This document shows, piece by piece, positions 27,118 to 41,611 of a DNA stretch of 64,000 nucleotides (within the stretch, counting starts at the first letter, position 1; every line of letters starts with the position of its first letter). The position numbers and the translations under genes were made by a program. Source of the DNA: Chrysomallon squamiferum (lineage: Eukaryota > Animalia > Mollusca); NCBI GenBank assembly GCA_012295275.1, contig CM022672.1:32736001-32800000 (forward strand). Reading direction: 5' to 3'. The notes under the pieces are model-generated. The model did not search any database, was not told the origin of the DNA, and saw nothing but the letters and a program-made list of their open reading frames with translations.

Positions 27118-27775
27118 AGTTGAGGGATAAAGCAGAAAGCGGCCCTGGATTATTTCGAGGCTCGTGTTACGATCCTGTAAAGGTCAAACAGTTGAAGTTA
27201 AGAGGAGTGGCCGAGTTCTGCAAGTCAGTCTTCTGGTCATCTGACTGTCCTTGGAACGTATCAGATATCGAAATGACATGTGACATGGACCAATACATTC
27301 TGAGTTCAACTAGGACAATAAAAAAAAATAAAAAAAAAAAAAAACAAAACGTACAGACAAAGACTGGTAGTCCGAGTTCGCTGGCTTCCGTCGATGATGG
27401 ACAGGTCAGCAGGCGGCAGAAGACAAAAGTACTCGGACTAAACAAAAACTTGAAATCACTGAACTTGAAGTTCATGTAATATATTTCTTCTTTTAGTTTT
27501 AAACATTACTACTGTTTTGTTTTACAGATGGTCCGCAAAGAGTCAGCACTGAAGGAAATAAAAACAGTTTTCTTGCTGATAACGGAACAATGTCTCTGAC
27601 ATGTGAAACAAGCAATACAAACGGTGACGTCAGGTTTACATGGGAAAAATGAATCAAATGATGACTATATAACTAACAATAATGAAATATATAGGTTTAC
27701 AGGCCACCATGGCTACATTTATTGGCATATTCTGACATTCGTGACTCGCTGGTACCAGGATGGAATCGTGATTTA
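27118..27775 (+). pseudogene. Immunoglobulin-superfamily (nephrin/hemicentin-like) exon remnants: 27118-27475 and 27528-27775
   Basis: Second exon follows a ttttacag acceptor and reads GPQRVSTEGNKNSFLADNGTMSLTCETSNTNGDVRFTWE, then after a 1-nt frameshift in an A5 run NESNDD...GHHGYIYWHILTFVTRWYQDGIVI, ending at a GTGAGT donor. Ig B-strand Cys, C-strand Trp and pre-F-strand D-G motif are present. Confidence 0.65.
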
Positions 27776-28319
27776 GTGAGTGTATATATATATATACATA
27801 CATACATACACATACACACATAAACATATACAATGACAAAAACATGTATCTATCTATACACATCTAAATGGTCTCAACGAGAGAGCGCGCAAACTACGTT
27901 TGCATAAATTTATTGGCACACTCAGGTACGTGCGCACGCGCCTAGAAATCAACAGGTCCATTGATATATATCGCGCACAAAAACCAGGTGATTCACTTAT
28001 AATGAACTGACTCACACAGACATACACGTGAAACACACGTCACGTCGCTGATAAAAACAGGCACACGAGATAACTACCATATACACGCAAACGCACGCAC
28101 GCATACGCACGCAGGCTAGCGCAAACAAACAAAGGAATAAACAAACTGAAGAACAAATAAATAGAAATATGACTAGAAATAATAAATAAATAAATATATT
28201 TTCAGAAATTATGTAATTAATAGATATGAAATAATCAATGGAAGGGAAAGGGATAGCCATACGTCAGTGCAAACTGTATATTAAATAAGCAAACAACACT
28301 TACCTCTTTTACCAAGTTT

Positions 28320-29140
28320 TCATATAAACATACATACAGACATACACGAGTACGTACACTTGCACTAGCTAATACACACGTAGATATATAATTACCTACA
28401 TTCATACACATAATACAAACACACAGGTGTACACCTACATTCACAAATACACATAAAATAGAAAATCACAGATACAGAATTATACAGAGATACACAAATA
28501 TATACACTCACACACATAATACACCCACATATACATAAATACTTAAATACATACATTCATATACATAATACAAATAGATACACAAACATACATGCATATA
28601 CAAAAAAAATAAAAATAATACAAACACAGACAGATACACATACATACGTGCATACAAATACATAATATAAACTCAGATACACAGACATACATATATACAC
28701 ACAAATACATACACGCATAATACACAGATACATATACATGCATACATATAAATATATACAACAGAGCCATATACACATAGATACGTACATACAAATACAT
28801 AGAAAATAATACAAACACACAGATACACACACACACTCATACACATAATACACACATCTACACATACAACTCATACACACATAATACAAAAACACAGACA
28901 TACCTACATACATACTCTCATTATTTGTCCATGAATTGATTCTAGAAATGTTTATTTCAAATGCTTTGTTTTGAGTATAGCTTACAGGTTAGTTTTTTTT
29001 TTTTTTTTTAGGTCAAATGTATATTATGTAACATTAAAAATTCTCATTGCATTTTCTGTGGATGAATTTACATACATACATACATACATACATATACACA
29101 TACATACATAGATACATACATACATACATATATGTATACA
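28320..29140 (+). repeat. (ACAT/AC)-rich low-complexity repeat
   Basis: Degenerate tandem 'acatacatacacataatacaaacacacagat' motifs. Confidence 0.85.
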
Positions 29141-29821
29141 TAAAAGGGTTGAACTCTCTCCTCTTTTATTAACTACTTTGACAATGTTAGCGGTATATAT
29201 ATTATCTTTATTTTCTGGCTAACATGCAGTTATGATGCAACGGAAATACAGTTTATATTTAGTCTTCATACTGAAGATGATTTTGAAACACCCACATCAT
29301 AGTTTAAAAAATGTTATTTATAGAAGTAACTTATTTATTCTTGTTCATTGGCTGGGTTTTTTCTTTCCTTTTTAGTTTTAATAAAGAAAGGAAAAAGAGA
29401 GCATAATTCTGATTCAAACGATGTGTTTTCTTTATAGCAAAATTTCATCTTTCTTTCTGTATCACATATATCTGTTGTTACTAGAAACTTTCTTTCAAAA
29501 GTAATGACATCATATTTATACTAAATTAAAAAATGATAATAAAATCTGGTGACGTCAATTACTCGGGCAGTAATCTAGAACCTTCTTTCTACGTCGCACC
29601 ACAGATTTCATTATTTGAACATTTTATTTTAGTTTAGTTTAGTTTTGTATGAGTGAATATTTTCTGCGACTTTGGGAGTTCAGTCGACATAGGTAATTAT
29701 TAATGATTTACAAATGATTACAATATTGTAATAGAGTTACGGAATTTTATGCTTTCGAAGTAGATTTGTTTTGTTGTTACACATTTATATAAGACTGATA
29801 GTTTTTGTGCGTTTTTGTTTT

Positions 29822-29865
<44 letters not shown>

Positions 29866-32628
29866 TTTTATTTATTTATTTATTTATTTATTTATTTGTT
29901 TGTTTTTATTGTGTTTTTATTTTTTATTAATTTATTATTATTATTTAATTAATTTTTTTTTTCAGACATTAGATGAACTGAAAGTGATTCTGATTCTTCT
30001 GTTGTGTATAACTTTTCTTTCAAAGGCCATCTACAGACGGTCTGGGATTCTAGTCTTGTTGAATTATGCAGCACATTCGTATCTGGTTGTTGGGAGTTTT
30101 CTCCTCTGGTGTAGACAAGCAGACGACTTCCGGCTCAAATTTATCTGTCATATCTTCTGAGTAGGTATCAGCCTCGACAGTTACCAGTCTGATAAACTGT
30201 AGGTCGTGTCAGCATTCTTTTATTCGTAGAGCATCTTCAACACAATGGAAAAATACTTCTAAATAATTATTTTATAATTTTTGTTTTGTTTTGTTTTTAT
30301 TGTATCTTCCGGAACGACATGATTCTGTTACAAGAATATGGAGAAAAATATAAAGGGTACTTTACAGTTGATATATATATATACTGATATAGAGCAATTA
30401 TCATTACATAAGATGGGTTTTTCTTTCCCAATTTTATTATTTTATTTTTTATTTTTATTTTTTCTGCTTTACACGTCAATGTTGATTTCTTGATTATTTA
30501 GTTAACAGTGGATGACACTGTTATCAGGAAGGGAACGAAAAGCTTCCACTATAATGACTAATGACTCTGCAAAAGCTCTGTGTCGTTCTACGTTGCAGAT
30601 TTGTAATTAGTGGTGAAGAAATGAAAAGATGTGTGGCAATGATATTTTCAGCTACAGAGCAGGTTCCAGCTTAATGTAGCTTTCATAAAGAATATTAGCA
30701 ATTATCTGGGAGCAAACATAAGTGGTTTAAAGTATTTCATAAAATCAAATTTTTGAAAAGATTCTGGCTCAAATATAATTTTCATCAATGAAATAATTCA
30801 CTTGTTTTCACGATTTCGAGGCAACTGTAATATAAAAAAGGATGAATTTCTAGACAGGTGTAGAAAACGTCATTTCCTGTACCACTGATATGGCCACTTC
30901 CTGGACAACCGATTACGTCGTTAAGTAAACTATTTTAATAAAACATGACAGTTTTGTTTAGACATTTGGTTAGTCGAAATAAATAATTGTCCTAAAAGTT
31001 ATTTCATATTACTGTATGTACTATATTATATTCTTTCTGACAACATTTTATTTTTATTTATAATGTTCATTGGAAGAAACAATTTTTCCAATTCCAAAGT
31101 GCGAAACTTTACCAAACGTATTACAATTGACAAAATAAGTATGGTCCGAAGCTGATGTAAAATACAAACGATACTGCAAAAACAAATATTTAGTTCACTG
31201 CTGTTTCTGCTTTATGAAAACGAAAACGAGAATAAAATGTTATTGTTGTTGTTGTTGTTGTTATTATTATTTCTAACTTGTGTATTTATTTGTTTGTTTA
31301 TTTATTAAGCGAGGAATGATATCAGCTTCTGATGAATTTATCCTTTGGATTTTATTAAGAAGACATGTAGACGAATTCTACATGACCCTTAGCGTGTGCA
31401 CGAAAACTACATATAGCAATGTTTCCCTATCAATGGGTATCTGGGTGTGGCGCTAGTGTTGTACAAGGCAACCAGAAACCGTCCCGTCAGTCGGATAGTG
31501 ACCTTATCATTGCATTCCACAAATAATAATAATAATAACAACAAGAATAAACTCACAAGAAGGAGAATAACTGATCTGTATAATTTATATTACCATTGTT
31601 TTCAATTTTAAAGCCAATTACAGCAGTTACTTCTCACCTAAACATTTTATTTCTATTTTTATAACTTTTAATTTTAATCGTTTTGATAAAAGAGACTTCA
31701 ACTTGTACATATAACAGCAGGGCTTGCTGTTCACTCTGAACTTCTTATTTATTTATTTATTTTGCAACATTAGAAGGCTGATTCCAGCCAATACTAGACA
31801 CACATAAGCAGTCTTAAGTGAACTAACAATATCAGTTTAAATTGTTAAAGTATTTGCCATCATTATTAAAAAAACACTGTTATTCATGATATAGACACGT
31901 ACATTAGTTCATTTAATTTTGTCTCATATGCTGTTTTCCTATGTGTTAATATAATAAAAAGTAAAACATTAAAATTAATAAAATAGAGTGAGTACAGAAA
32001 CAAATGACTGTAAAAGAAATATTTAATACACAAAGAAACAGATTGCAGACAGGGAAACAGGTTGAATTGACGAAACATTTCAAACTTGTTTCAAAGACCT
32101 TATAATATAATAATATCAGACTCATAGGCGTGTGCTGCGATAAGCAATTATTTTTTCTTAATTCTGTTTTTTAGCAAAAACAGAAAAAGAAATCTGAATC
32201 CTGTAGACATGTGAAGAGATTGTTAAATTATTTATAAATTTCTTAATTTTTTTACTGTAGCAGAGACTAAATATAGTAAGCAACAGAGCATATTAGTCAA
32301 TAACGTACAACCATCCAAAATACATAAACAAGCAATTACAAAGAGAAGAAGAAGTATATGTTGTTTATATAAATATTAACCAAACACAAATGCTGAGATT
32401 CTGGGCACCCCTGACATTTTTAGGATTTAAAGATTTGAATCTTTGCTTGAATTAAATCAATAAAATTGATTCTTTTCAAGAAAGAAAAGTGCAGAAAATT
32501 GATCCTCTTATTCAAGCAAAACTGTAGAGAAAGACAAAACATAATATCATACTCAAGGCATCCCATACAAATTTTTGGACAATATTTGAATCAGGTACGA
32601 TACGTAATTCTTAAAAATAATTTTATAA

Positions 32629-32659
<31 letters not shown>

Positions 32660-33533
32660 CACTTTTAAAAACATTTAAATATATTTCCTTTAGTTCTTCA
32701 AGTTATTCATTCAGAAATTTCCTCTTTCAGCTTTATCTATTTATTTAATTTATTATAATTTATATATTTATATAACAATATTTATATTTACTTTTATTTA
32801 TGTATTGATATAATTTATTTTTTATTTATTTATTTTTTATTATTATTTATGAAGGAAGAGTAAAATAAATGCAAATGCCATTCTTACAGGTAAGACTAAA
32901 TACTCCAAATTAGTAACATTTGTTGATGTTTTTTGTGTTTTGTTTTGTGCTTTAATGTCCTTACAGTAGTAGACTTAAGTGTAAATGTAATATTGAGATT
33001 CAGACTTCTATTTAAAAAACCTTAAATTCAGTCTAAAATCAATCTCTTCCCGAACCTCAATAATATGAATACATACACTTACAAATGTTGTTTTAAATTA
33101 TTTCCTACATCACATCTTTTATACTTTTGTTCAACTATATTGGTTTAATTTACATTAAAATAATTACATATGACTGTATATGAATTTCTTAACCAAGCTT
33201 AATCAAATTCCTCATCTCTTCGTCCTGGAGTATCTGACATTGTTACTGTTTTGCAAATGTTAAATTCTTGTCCCTAGTAGAACACGCTGCTATACTGCCA
33301 TTATCATCATGTCCATAGATCATTTGGTGTCGAACCATATACAGATTTCAAATCTCCCAGAACTTTATTTCATACACATTTCCATACTTTGTACTTTTTT
33401 CTTAGCACCTTCGATGCTGAATGACTGAGATCATCGTCATTCTTTTAAAATTGCCGCGCATTAGTGACGTGACTTCCAGTGATGACGTAGGCAATTATTG
33501 ATGTACTACGGCTTTCCCGTGATTCAGAAAATC

Positions 33534-33704
33534 ATGGCGAATACAAGCAGAAACTTGCTTCAATTTCGAACGCGCATTTCTGCAGATGAAGCTGCAGTGT
33601 TGGTCGCCGATTCGGATTCGGATTTCAGTGACTTGGATCACGAAAGTGATGAAGAAAGCGATCAGGTTCAAACAAACTGTACTGTGATCAAGAATAAGAT
33701 ATAA
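33534..33704 (+). pseudogene. Acidic N-terminal fragment resembling DNA-transposase (piggyBac-like) leaders, with upstream TGACGT motifs
   Basis: MANTSRNLLQFRTRISADEAAVLVADSDSDFSDLDHESDEESDQ in a CpG-rich patch. No DDD core follows. Confidence 0.35.
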
Positions 33705-34269
33705 ATAAACAACACATAAAGTTTCAGGTAGGAATCCTTATTCTTTCTAGTTTTATTTAACCTCTGAAATATACTAAAACCCCGTGTAATTTCAGAAAAT
33801 GGGTGAAAATCCCCAAAACACCCAGCACCGAAAGTCTTAATATCCATAATTTTACCACTTATGTCTTGTACGATTAATTCCTTATTATTCATTTGTTTCT
33901 CAGATGTATCCAATATTTCTAATTTAGCATTTAGTATGTCTAACTTTCTAACTAAATTATATAATTTGATACTGACATCTTGATTATACACCATGAAATG
34001 AAACCAGAATACTGATCGTGAGATCCATACGTCTGTCTGTTCATACTGTCCACACTGCGACTGCTGGGTGCTGGCTATTGATGAGTTTTTGCTGACTGTT
34101 GGTGCAGATGAACATCAAATTTGTTGTTTTGTGTAGCTGACATCCTCAGCATGGAGATTTCTTGACTAGCTTAGATATTCCTTATTTTTTGTTCACTTTC
34201 ACCACATCCATTTTTTTACTCTATTTTTTCTCTTTTATTCCTTTTTTATTTCATGTTGCATTAATTTTC

Positions 34270-34425
34270 ATTGACAAAGCCAATAAAAATTACTTTAATC
34301 ACTAAGAAAAACATTACTGATTTGATGCCAGCACATTTAAAATGTAACCAAACGCAATTACTGACAATTTTCACTGTCACAATCACATCGGACTCACTAC
34401 GAACAGTTCTGCAGGTACAAATTAT
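34270..34425 (-). pseudogene. Frameshifted PHD finger remnant
   Basis: ICTCRTVRSES / CDSENCQ / WLHFKCAGIK / FYWLCQ across frames gives the ING-like C4HC3 pattern. Confidence 0.55.
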
Positions 34426-34836
34426 TTGTTCAGTTCTAAACTGTCACCAGTCAGGTTTATCACTTTGACATTTCAACACATCACATATTTCACATTATTT
34501 TTATTTTATCCAAAATACTTGTCAGCATGTAATTGAAAGTCTGTCTGTCCAGTTCTGTACATAATAAGTCAATGATTTACTAAACTAAACGAAAGACTGA
34601 TTGTATCATTCACCGCAGAAACATGTTTCATCAAATAGATAGTTTACCTGAGCTCAGTTCACGCCAAACATATCACAAGTCTTTGTTGTTTTAAAGTGAA
34701 TGTATTCAGACTGTAGTGGGTCACTTGAGTAATGTACTTTTTGTAAAATGAAAAAAGTAAAATTCACTTTGTTTCAAAGAGGACTTTGTACGTTTTGTGA
34801 TGTTGTGACTTTTTCACTCAGCACTCAACCGTTGAT

Positions 34837-35058
34837 ACAAGTGTTCTACAGTTACATTCGACAGGTGTTCTACAGTTACACTTGACAGGTGTTTTACAGT
34901 TACACTCGATAGGTTTTCTACAGTTACACTCGACAGGTGTTCTACAGTTACACTTGACAGGTGTTCTACAGTTACACTTGACAGGTGTTCTACAGTTACA
35001 TTCAACAGGTGTTGTACAGTTACACTCGACAGGTGTTCTACAGTTACACTCGACAGGT
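34837..35058. repeat. 24-bp minisatellite, ~9.3 copies (acaggtgttctacagttacactcg)
   Basis: Units start at 34837, 34861, ... 35029. Open in three frames (PVECNCRT, LSSVTVEH, TGVLQLHS). Confidence 0.95.
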
Positions 35059-36977
35059 TTTTTTCCTGCTTCTTCGAAAATCCATTTTCTTTTTCTTTTA
35101 CACTTACTAAATGAAAAACACACTTTACAAATATCTTCAGCTAAAATGAGTGGTCACATTTTTCTGGCTTATCACCACAGCAATTTAAGTTCTGTTTTCA
35201 GTTAAGTTCACATGTGATCTGAATAATTAATTAATTATAAATACTTAATGAATAAGCACACATTCTTTATGTGAATACTCACAGGTCAAAACTTTAAATG
35301 AGTTGATGTGAATTCAGCAAACACAATGTCAAACTCTTCACCAGACTTAACAATGAAGCAAAGTTGCGTATCTGATTCAGTTATCTTTCTCATTATTGTT
35401 AATTCACTGAAAAAATGGTGACTATGATTCAGTATTGAGAACTGTGACTGTCATCAGACTCTTCTGTGTGTTTGATAAACTTTGTCTGTTTAGAGTCACT
35501 CAAACACTCACAGACGATTCCAAGTAAAATGAGTGATTACAACTTTCCTGCATTCAAATGAAAATTGTTTACAGATAATGTGTGCCTCACAAAACAATTC
35601 TGGTATAATGATTATACAAACATGTTGTTGTTTTCACTTTGTTACAAACAAGTTACCTCCCTTAGACAACAAATATCAAGTATATCTAACATGAATTAAC
35701 AAATAAAAATAAATTCTCAGTAATAAAAATTATTTTAATTCACTGTTACTGCCCTTAGACATTTTCAAATTCACAAATTGAATAATTTATTAATAATAAT
35801 TACTTAAAATAAATAACAAAAATAAATGACTAAATTTAATAACAATTACTAAAATAATAATAATGATGAAATAAAAAATGGTATGTGTTCACCTGTCAGT
35901 ACAAATAAGGGTGTGGTACTAGCTCAGTGGTGGTGTAACAACAGCATGTCAGTCTGTAGATCTACCAACCTATTTTTATTTATCTGTAATTAAACTCTTT
36001 AGATCCTCCCACCCTTCTGTTTATCTATGTATCATCCATCTATACACATTATGCTTATTCCTCCTACTAAAACATCCATCTATTCATCCATACATCCATC
36101 AGTCCATCTATCTACCTATCTATTTGTCTGTTTATCTGTGTCTCTCTTTTGAAAACATATAAACAAGTACACTAAAATACCCACATTTACATAGCCATTA
36201 TATGTTCTACAAAGAACATATATTCAAATAAACATACATTATACCCTCTCCTCGTTTCAGATTTGCATATAAACTCTCACTGTGTAAAACATGTAAACAT
36301 GAACACTCACATGTACACGTGTGTGTGTGTGGGAGGGCATCAATGTAACATTAATACTACTACTATGAGTACTACTATGCTATTATCACTACTACTTCTG
36401 CTACTACAACTACTCGTACCACCACAACCACCGCTGTTACTGCCTGGAGCAGACCTACATTTGAACAGATATGGGAGGTTTGGAAGCAGCATAACAGATA
36501 ACCATAATTCTTTTTAAAATTTAACCTTGGCATATTAGAAATTCATTACAATTTTGTAGCAGTGTTAACTGATGTTACTTCTGGAGCCCTTCTTTCATAG
36601 AAGATCCATCCCTCCTTGACTACTACTACTTCTACTACTACTACTACTACTACTACTACTATTACACTACTACTACTACTACTAATAATAATAATAATAT
36701 TGAGAAAAACAACAAATAAATACCAGTAACAACTTCAATAGCAACACTGACAGTAACAGTGACTGAAAAGACCAACTGCACAATAACAATATTATGATTA
36801 ACAGTACAGGGGTAAGCGATATTAACAGAAATGATAACAATAACAGTTACCCTAAAAACAGCAAAATGAGAACTACCACAACAGTATTAACAGAACGCTG
36901 GATGATAATTATGACAATTTACTAATAATAATCACAGAACACTGACAGCAATGACATCATCAACCACAACAATAGAG

Positions 36978-39900
36978 GAATTACAGCTACACCAAGCATA
37001 TTCAAAGAAAATGAGCACCACAAGACTAATATCAAAACAAAGGAGTAAAGTGATATCAGTACAAGTAAAGATTATGATATGACAATAACAACAACAACGA
37101 CAATAATAAAGTCAATTGGGAAATGACTAATAAGTAATATTAAGAATAAAGACAAGAAAGACAATGACAGCAATTTTCTCCTCACACTTATAAACTTTAT
37201 CAGTCATATTTTTCTAAATAAAAGCTTTTTGAATTATTAACCTAACATCCATCATACACGTGTTCAATTTTCATATGAAAGGTCTTTCAAGATAGATCAA
37301 TAATTAAATCTAATGTGAACAATAACCACAGTCCTGAAACTAATACAACACTAACCCTGATCCTAGGTATAATCCTAACAGCAATGGTAATCTGAACTAA
37401 TCTCTTCTCAGAACAGAACTTGTCAGCCACACACACTCAGAACATAAAGCTGTGACCCATACACTTTTCAAGTGACACTATCCCAGACTAAAGCTATGGC
37501 CCATACACTTTCAGTCAATAAAACTGGAGGATATAGTATCAGTTTAAAAGCAACCAATATATTAAATGAACAGTGAGATAACATTGTATTGTCTAAAATA
37601 AAAGTTCTATATCAGTACAAAGTAACAAAACTATCACTTGAAACTCCAAGGTAAAAAATGTTAAATTATTACAAACTGACAAATTCTACAAAAACAATAG
37701 TTTTATTATTAATTGTTTTAATTAGACAAACTATTAAATTATTACAAACTAACATGTACTACAAAACTACTAGTTTTATTAGTAATTCTTGTTTTAATTA
37801 CATAAAAACTGTTAAACTGTTACAAACTAACATAAACTACCAGTTTTATTATTAATTTCTGTTTTCTTCTTAGATAAAAATTGTTAAATTATAACAAACT
37901 AACATATACAAAAGTACCAGTTTTATTATTAATTTCTGTTTTCTTCTTATATAAAAAATATTAAATTATAACAAACTAACACATAATACAAAAATTCCAG
38001 TTTTATTATTAATTCATGTTTTCTTCTTACATTTCTTTATGTGCATCATTATCACAGCATTGATGTTTATAATAGTTATTCATGAAAACTGAATAAACAG
38101 AACACACACACACACACACAAACACCTACATATATCTATAATTATTTATATACACACATACACACATACTGTATTATTTGAAACCTTTATTTATAAACAT
38201 ATCAATGATATCATACATTAATAATTTAAAAGCATTAATTACATAGCTATATTCAGTTTATAGGTGATCTGCATGCAAATGAGACATAGACATAATTTTA
38301 GAGAAAACAAAAATCAGATGATAAAACAAAAACAAATAAAATTACAATAATCAATAGTACAAATTTAATAATTTATTTCAAAATAATTGTATATTTAAAC
38401 AGGCATTTACCTTGTGACATATGATTTATTACGATGATGATGATGATGAATTACAGCTACACCAAGCATATTCAAAGAAAATGAGCACCACAAGACTAAT
38501 ATCAAAACAAAGGAGTAAAGTGATATCAGTACAAGTAAAGATTATGATATGACAATAACAACAACAACGACAATAATAATGTCAATTGGGAAATGACTAA
38601 TAAGTAATATTAAGAATAAAGACAAGAAAGACAATGACAGCAATTTTCTCCTCACACTTATAAACTTTATCAGTCATATTTTTCTAAATAAAAGCTTTTT
38701 GAATTTTTAACCTAACATCCATCATACACGTGTTCAATTTTCATATGAAAGGTCTTTCAAGATAGATCAATAATTAAATCTAATGTGAACAATAACCACA
38801 GTCCTGAAACTAATACAACACTAACCCTGATCCTAGGTATAATCCTAACAGCAATGGTAATCTGAACTAATCTCTTCTCAGAATAGAACTTGTCAGCCAC
38901 ACACACTCAGAACATAAAGCTGTGACCCATACACTTTTCAAGTGACACTATCCCAGACTAAAGCTATGACCCATACACTTTTCAAGTGACACTATCCCAG
39001 ACTAAAGCTATGACCCATACTTTTCAAGTGACACTATCCCAGACTAAAGCTATGACCCATACACTTTTCAAGTGACACTATCCCAGACTAAAGCTATGAC
39101 CCATACACTTTCAGTCAATAAAACTGGAGGATATAGTATCAGTTTAAAAGCAACCAATATATTAAATGAACAGTGAGATAACATTGTATTGTCTAAAATA
39201 AAAGTTCTATATCAGTACAAAGTAACAAAACTATCACTTGAAACTCCAAGGTAAAAAATGTTAAATTATTACAAACTGACAAATTCTACAAAAACAATAG
39301 TTTTATTATTAATTGTTTTAATTAGACAAACTATTAAATTATTACAAACTAATATGTACTACAAAACTACTAGTTTTATTAGTAATTCTTGTTTTAATTA
39401 CATAAAAACTGTTAAATTGTTACAAACTAACATAAACTAGCAGTTTTATTATTAATTTCTGTTTTCTTCTTAGATAAAAATTGTTAAATTATAACAAACT
39501 AACATATACAAAACTACCAGTTTTATTATTAATTTCTGTTTTCTTCTTATATAAAAAATGTTAAATTATAACAAACTAACACATAATACAAAAATACCAG
39601 TTTTATTATTAATTCATGTTTTCTTCTTACATTTCTTTGTGTGCATCATTATCACAGCATTGATGTTTATAATAGTTTTTCAGGAAAACTGAATAAACAG
39701 AACATACACACACACACCTGCATATATACATATATACATATAGATATATACCAATACATATATATGTTTAATTATTTGTATACACACATACTGTATTATT
39801 TGAAACCTTTATTTATAAACATATCAATGATATACATTAATAAATTAAAAGCATTAATTACATAGCTATATTCAGTTTATAGGGGATCTGCATGCAAATG

Positions 39901-40060
39901 AAACATAGACATAATTTTAGAGAAAAGAAAAATCAGATGAAAATCAAAAACAAATAAAATTACAATAAACAATAGTACAAATTTAATAATTTATTTTAAA
40001 ATATTTGCATATTTAAAGAGGTATTTACTTTGTAACATACAATTTGTTATGATGATGATG
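36978..40060 (+). repeat. Tandem duplication of a 1470-bp unit (36978-38447; 38448-~40060)
   Basis: 'gaattacagctacaccaagcatattc' at 36978 and 38448, with near-identical continuation. Confidence 0.92.
38916..39112 (+). repeat. 44-bp minisatellite, ~4.5 copies (only ~1.5 copies at 37446-37513)
   Basis: Unit aaagctatgacccatacacttttcaagtgacactatcccagact starts at 38916, 38960, 39004 (42 bp), 39046 and 39090. Confidence 0.92.
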
Positions 40061-40099
<39 letters not shown>

Positions 40100-41081
40100 G
40101 TGTAAAACAAATTAAGTAAATTATATTGTATTTACTCACTAATTCTTTATCATTACAAATAAAATTGCTTTAAATCTGACTTAATTCTGATGAAATAAAA
40201 TGTTAATAACCAAAGATAAAACTAACCACTCCCCAGAAAAATGCATCCTGTTTAACATTATTTAAATACTAGCAGCCTACATTAAGATAAATACCAAGTA
40301 TAATATTTTCAATAAATCTGTAAAATAAATCAATGAGAAAACAACTAAGAATATTAACTGAAATGATTTATGAATAATAAACAATCGCACTGATTTATCT
40401 GATTAATAACAACATTTACAGTGAATATTACATATTACTGACATAGCATTTTATTTCGTTTATTTAAATGTATCCTTTGTGCTGAATATTAATTTCTAAA
40501 ACATCATGAAAATTAAATATTCATTCATTTAAATGTGCCATTCCTTTGTTGTTGTTTTTCTGATAACAATGAGTTTAATTAAATTGAGAAAAATAGTTTC
40601 TAACTTGATTTAAACATTTATGGTATATTAAATATCAATTTTTAGATGACAACATTTAGAATACTTCGAATTTAAATTGTATCATATATATACTTAGTAT
40701 TTCTTTAATATTACAAATAATAAGTTTCTTTAAATTAATTTACTTCTGAAGAATTAAAATATTAATAACGAAGGATGCATCCTGTTTAATATTAAGCAAT
40801 TTTAATATCAACAGGCTGTTGTAATCTTAATCTTAGTAATTATATTTTTAGTCATTTTTCAGTTTAACAAACACTTGGAACTATGAAACAAAACCTTTCA
40901 GAATTAAACAGGTGTCCAGAACAATCATCTTTTCTTTTCAGAACTTTTAGTTTTTCTTTCTTACTGACAGGATGAACTGTCGTTACACAAGCTGAACCCT
41001 AGAACTGCTCATCTTCCCGAAACTTTCATCTGAAAATGAAAATCAAATTACAAATGATTACCGATTTCATTTATCAATTCT

Positions 41082-41136
<55 letters not shown>

Positions 41137-41611
41137 CTTTATTCTTTTTATTTTATTTACTTTATATATGTTACAGGAAATATTATAATCTGATTATTAA
41201 TCAGGAAATATGTATATTTCCTGAAAATTAAAAAAATATACATTCTGATTGCAATTAAACATATTCCTCTAACATATAAAATAAATAAATCAAGAGCAAA
41301 GTTTAACAACAATTCAAGCATATCTAGACTTTAATTATTAAATATTAAATATTTAACATTTATTAGAATTCATATCTTTTTCTTTTTCTTTCTATTTTTT
41401 ATTTTTTCATAGTTGATATTTTGAAACAAACTATCTATAAAGATATGTTTTTTTTGCTTTATTTTTTTATTATCTGTTGTTGGGCTTTTATTTTTATTTA
41501 GTTACTTTTCAACAAATTTTGATAATACAGGAACTCTTGTATAGTATTAATCGTTCTTTGTATTACAAATGAGGCTTTATTGGCTAAAATATCATATCAC
41601 GTGATGCTAAC

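Noticed and set aside
27865-28125. CpG-rich patch with GCGCACGCGC as a promoter
   Set aside because: Grades into CA/CG simple repeats, with no associated first exon identified.
34837-39112. 24-bp and 44-bp repeats as CRISPR-like arrays
   Set aside because: Head-to-tail units with no unique spacers, eukaryotic context, no cas genes.
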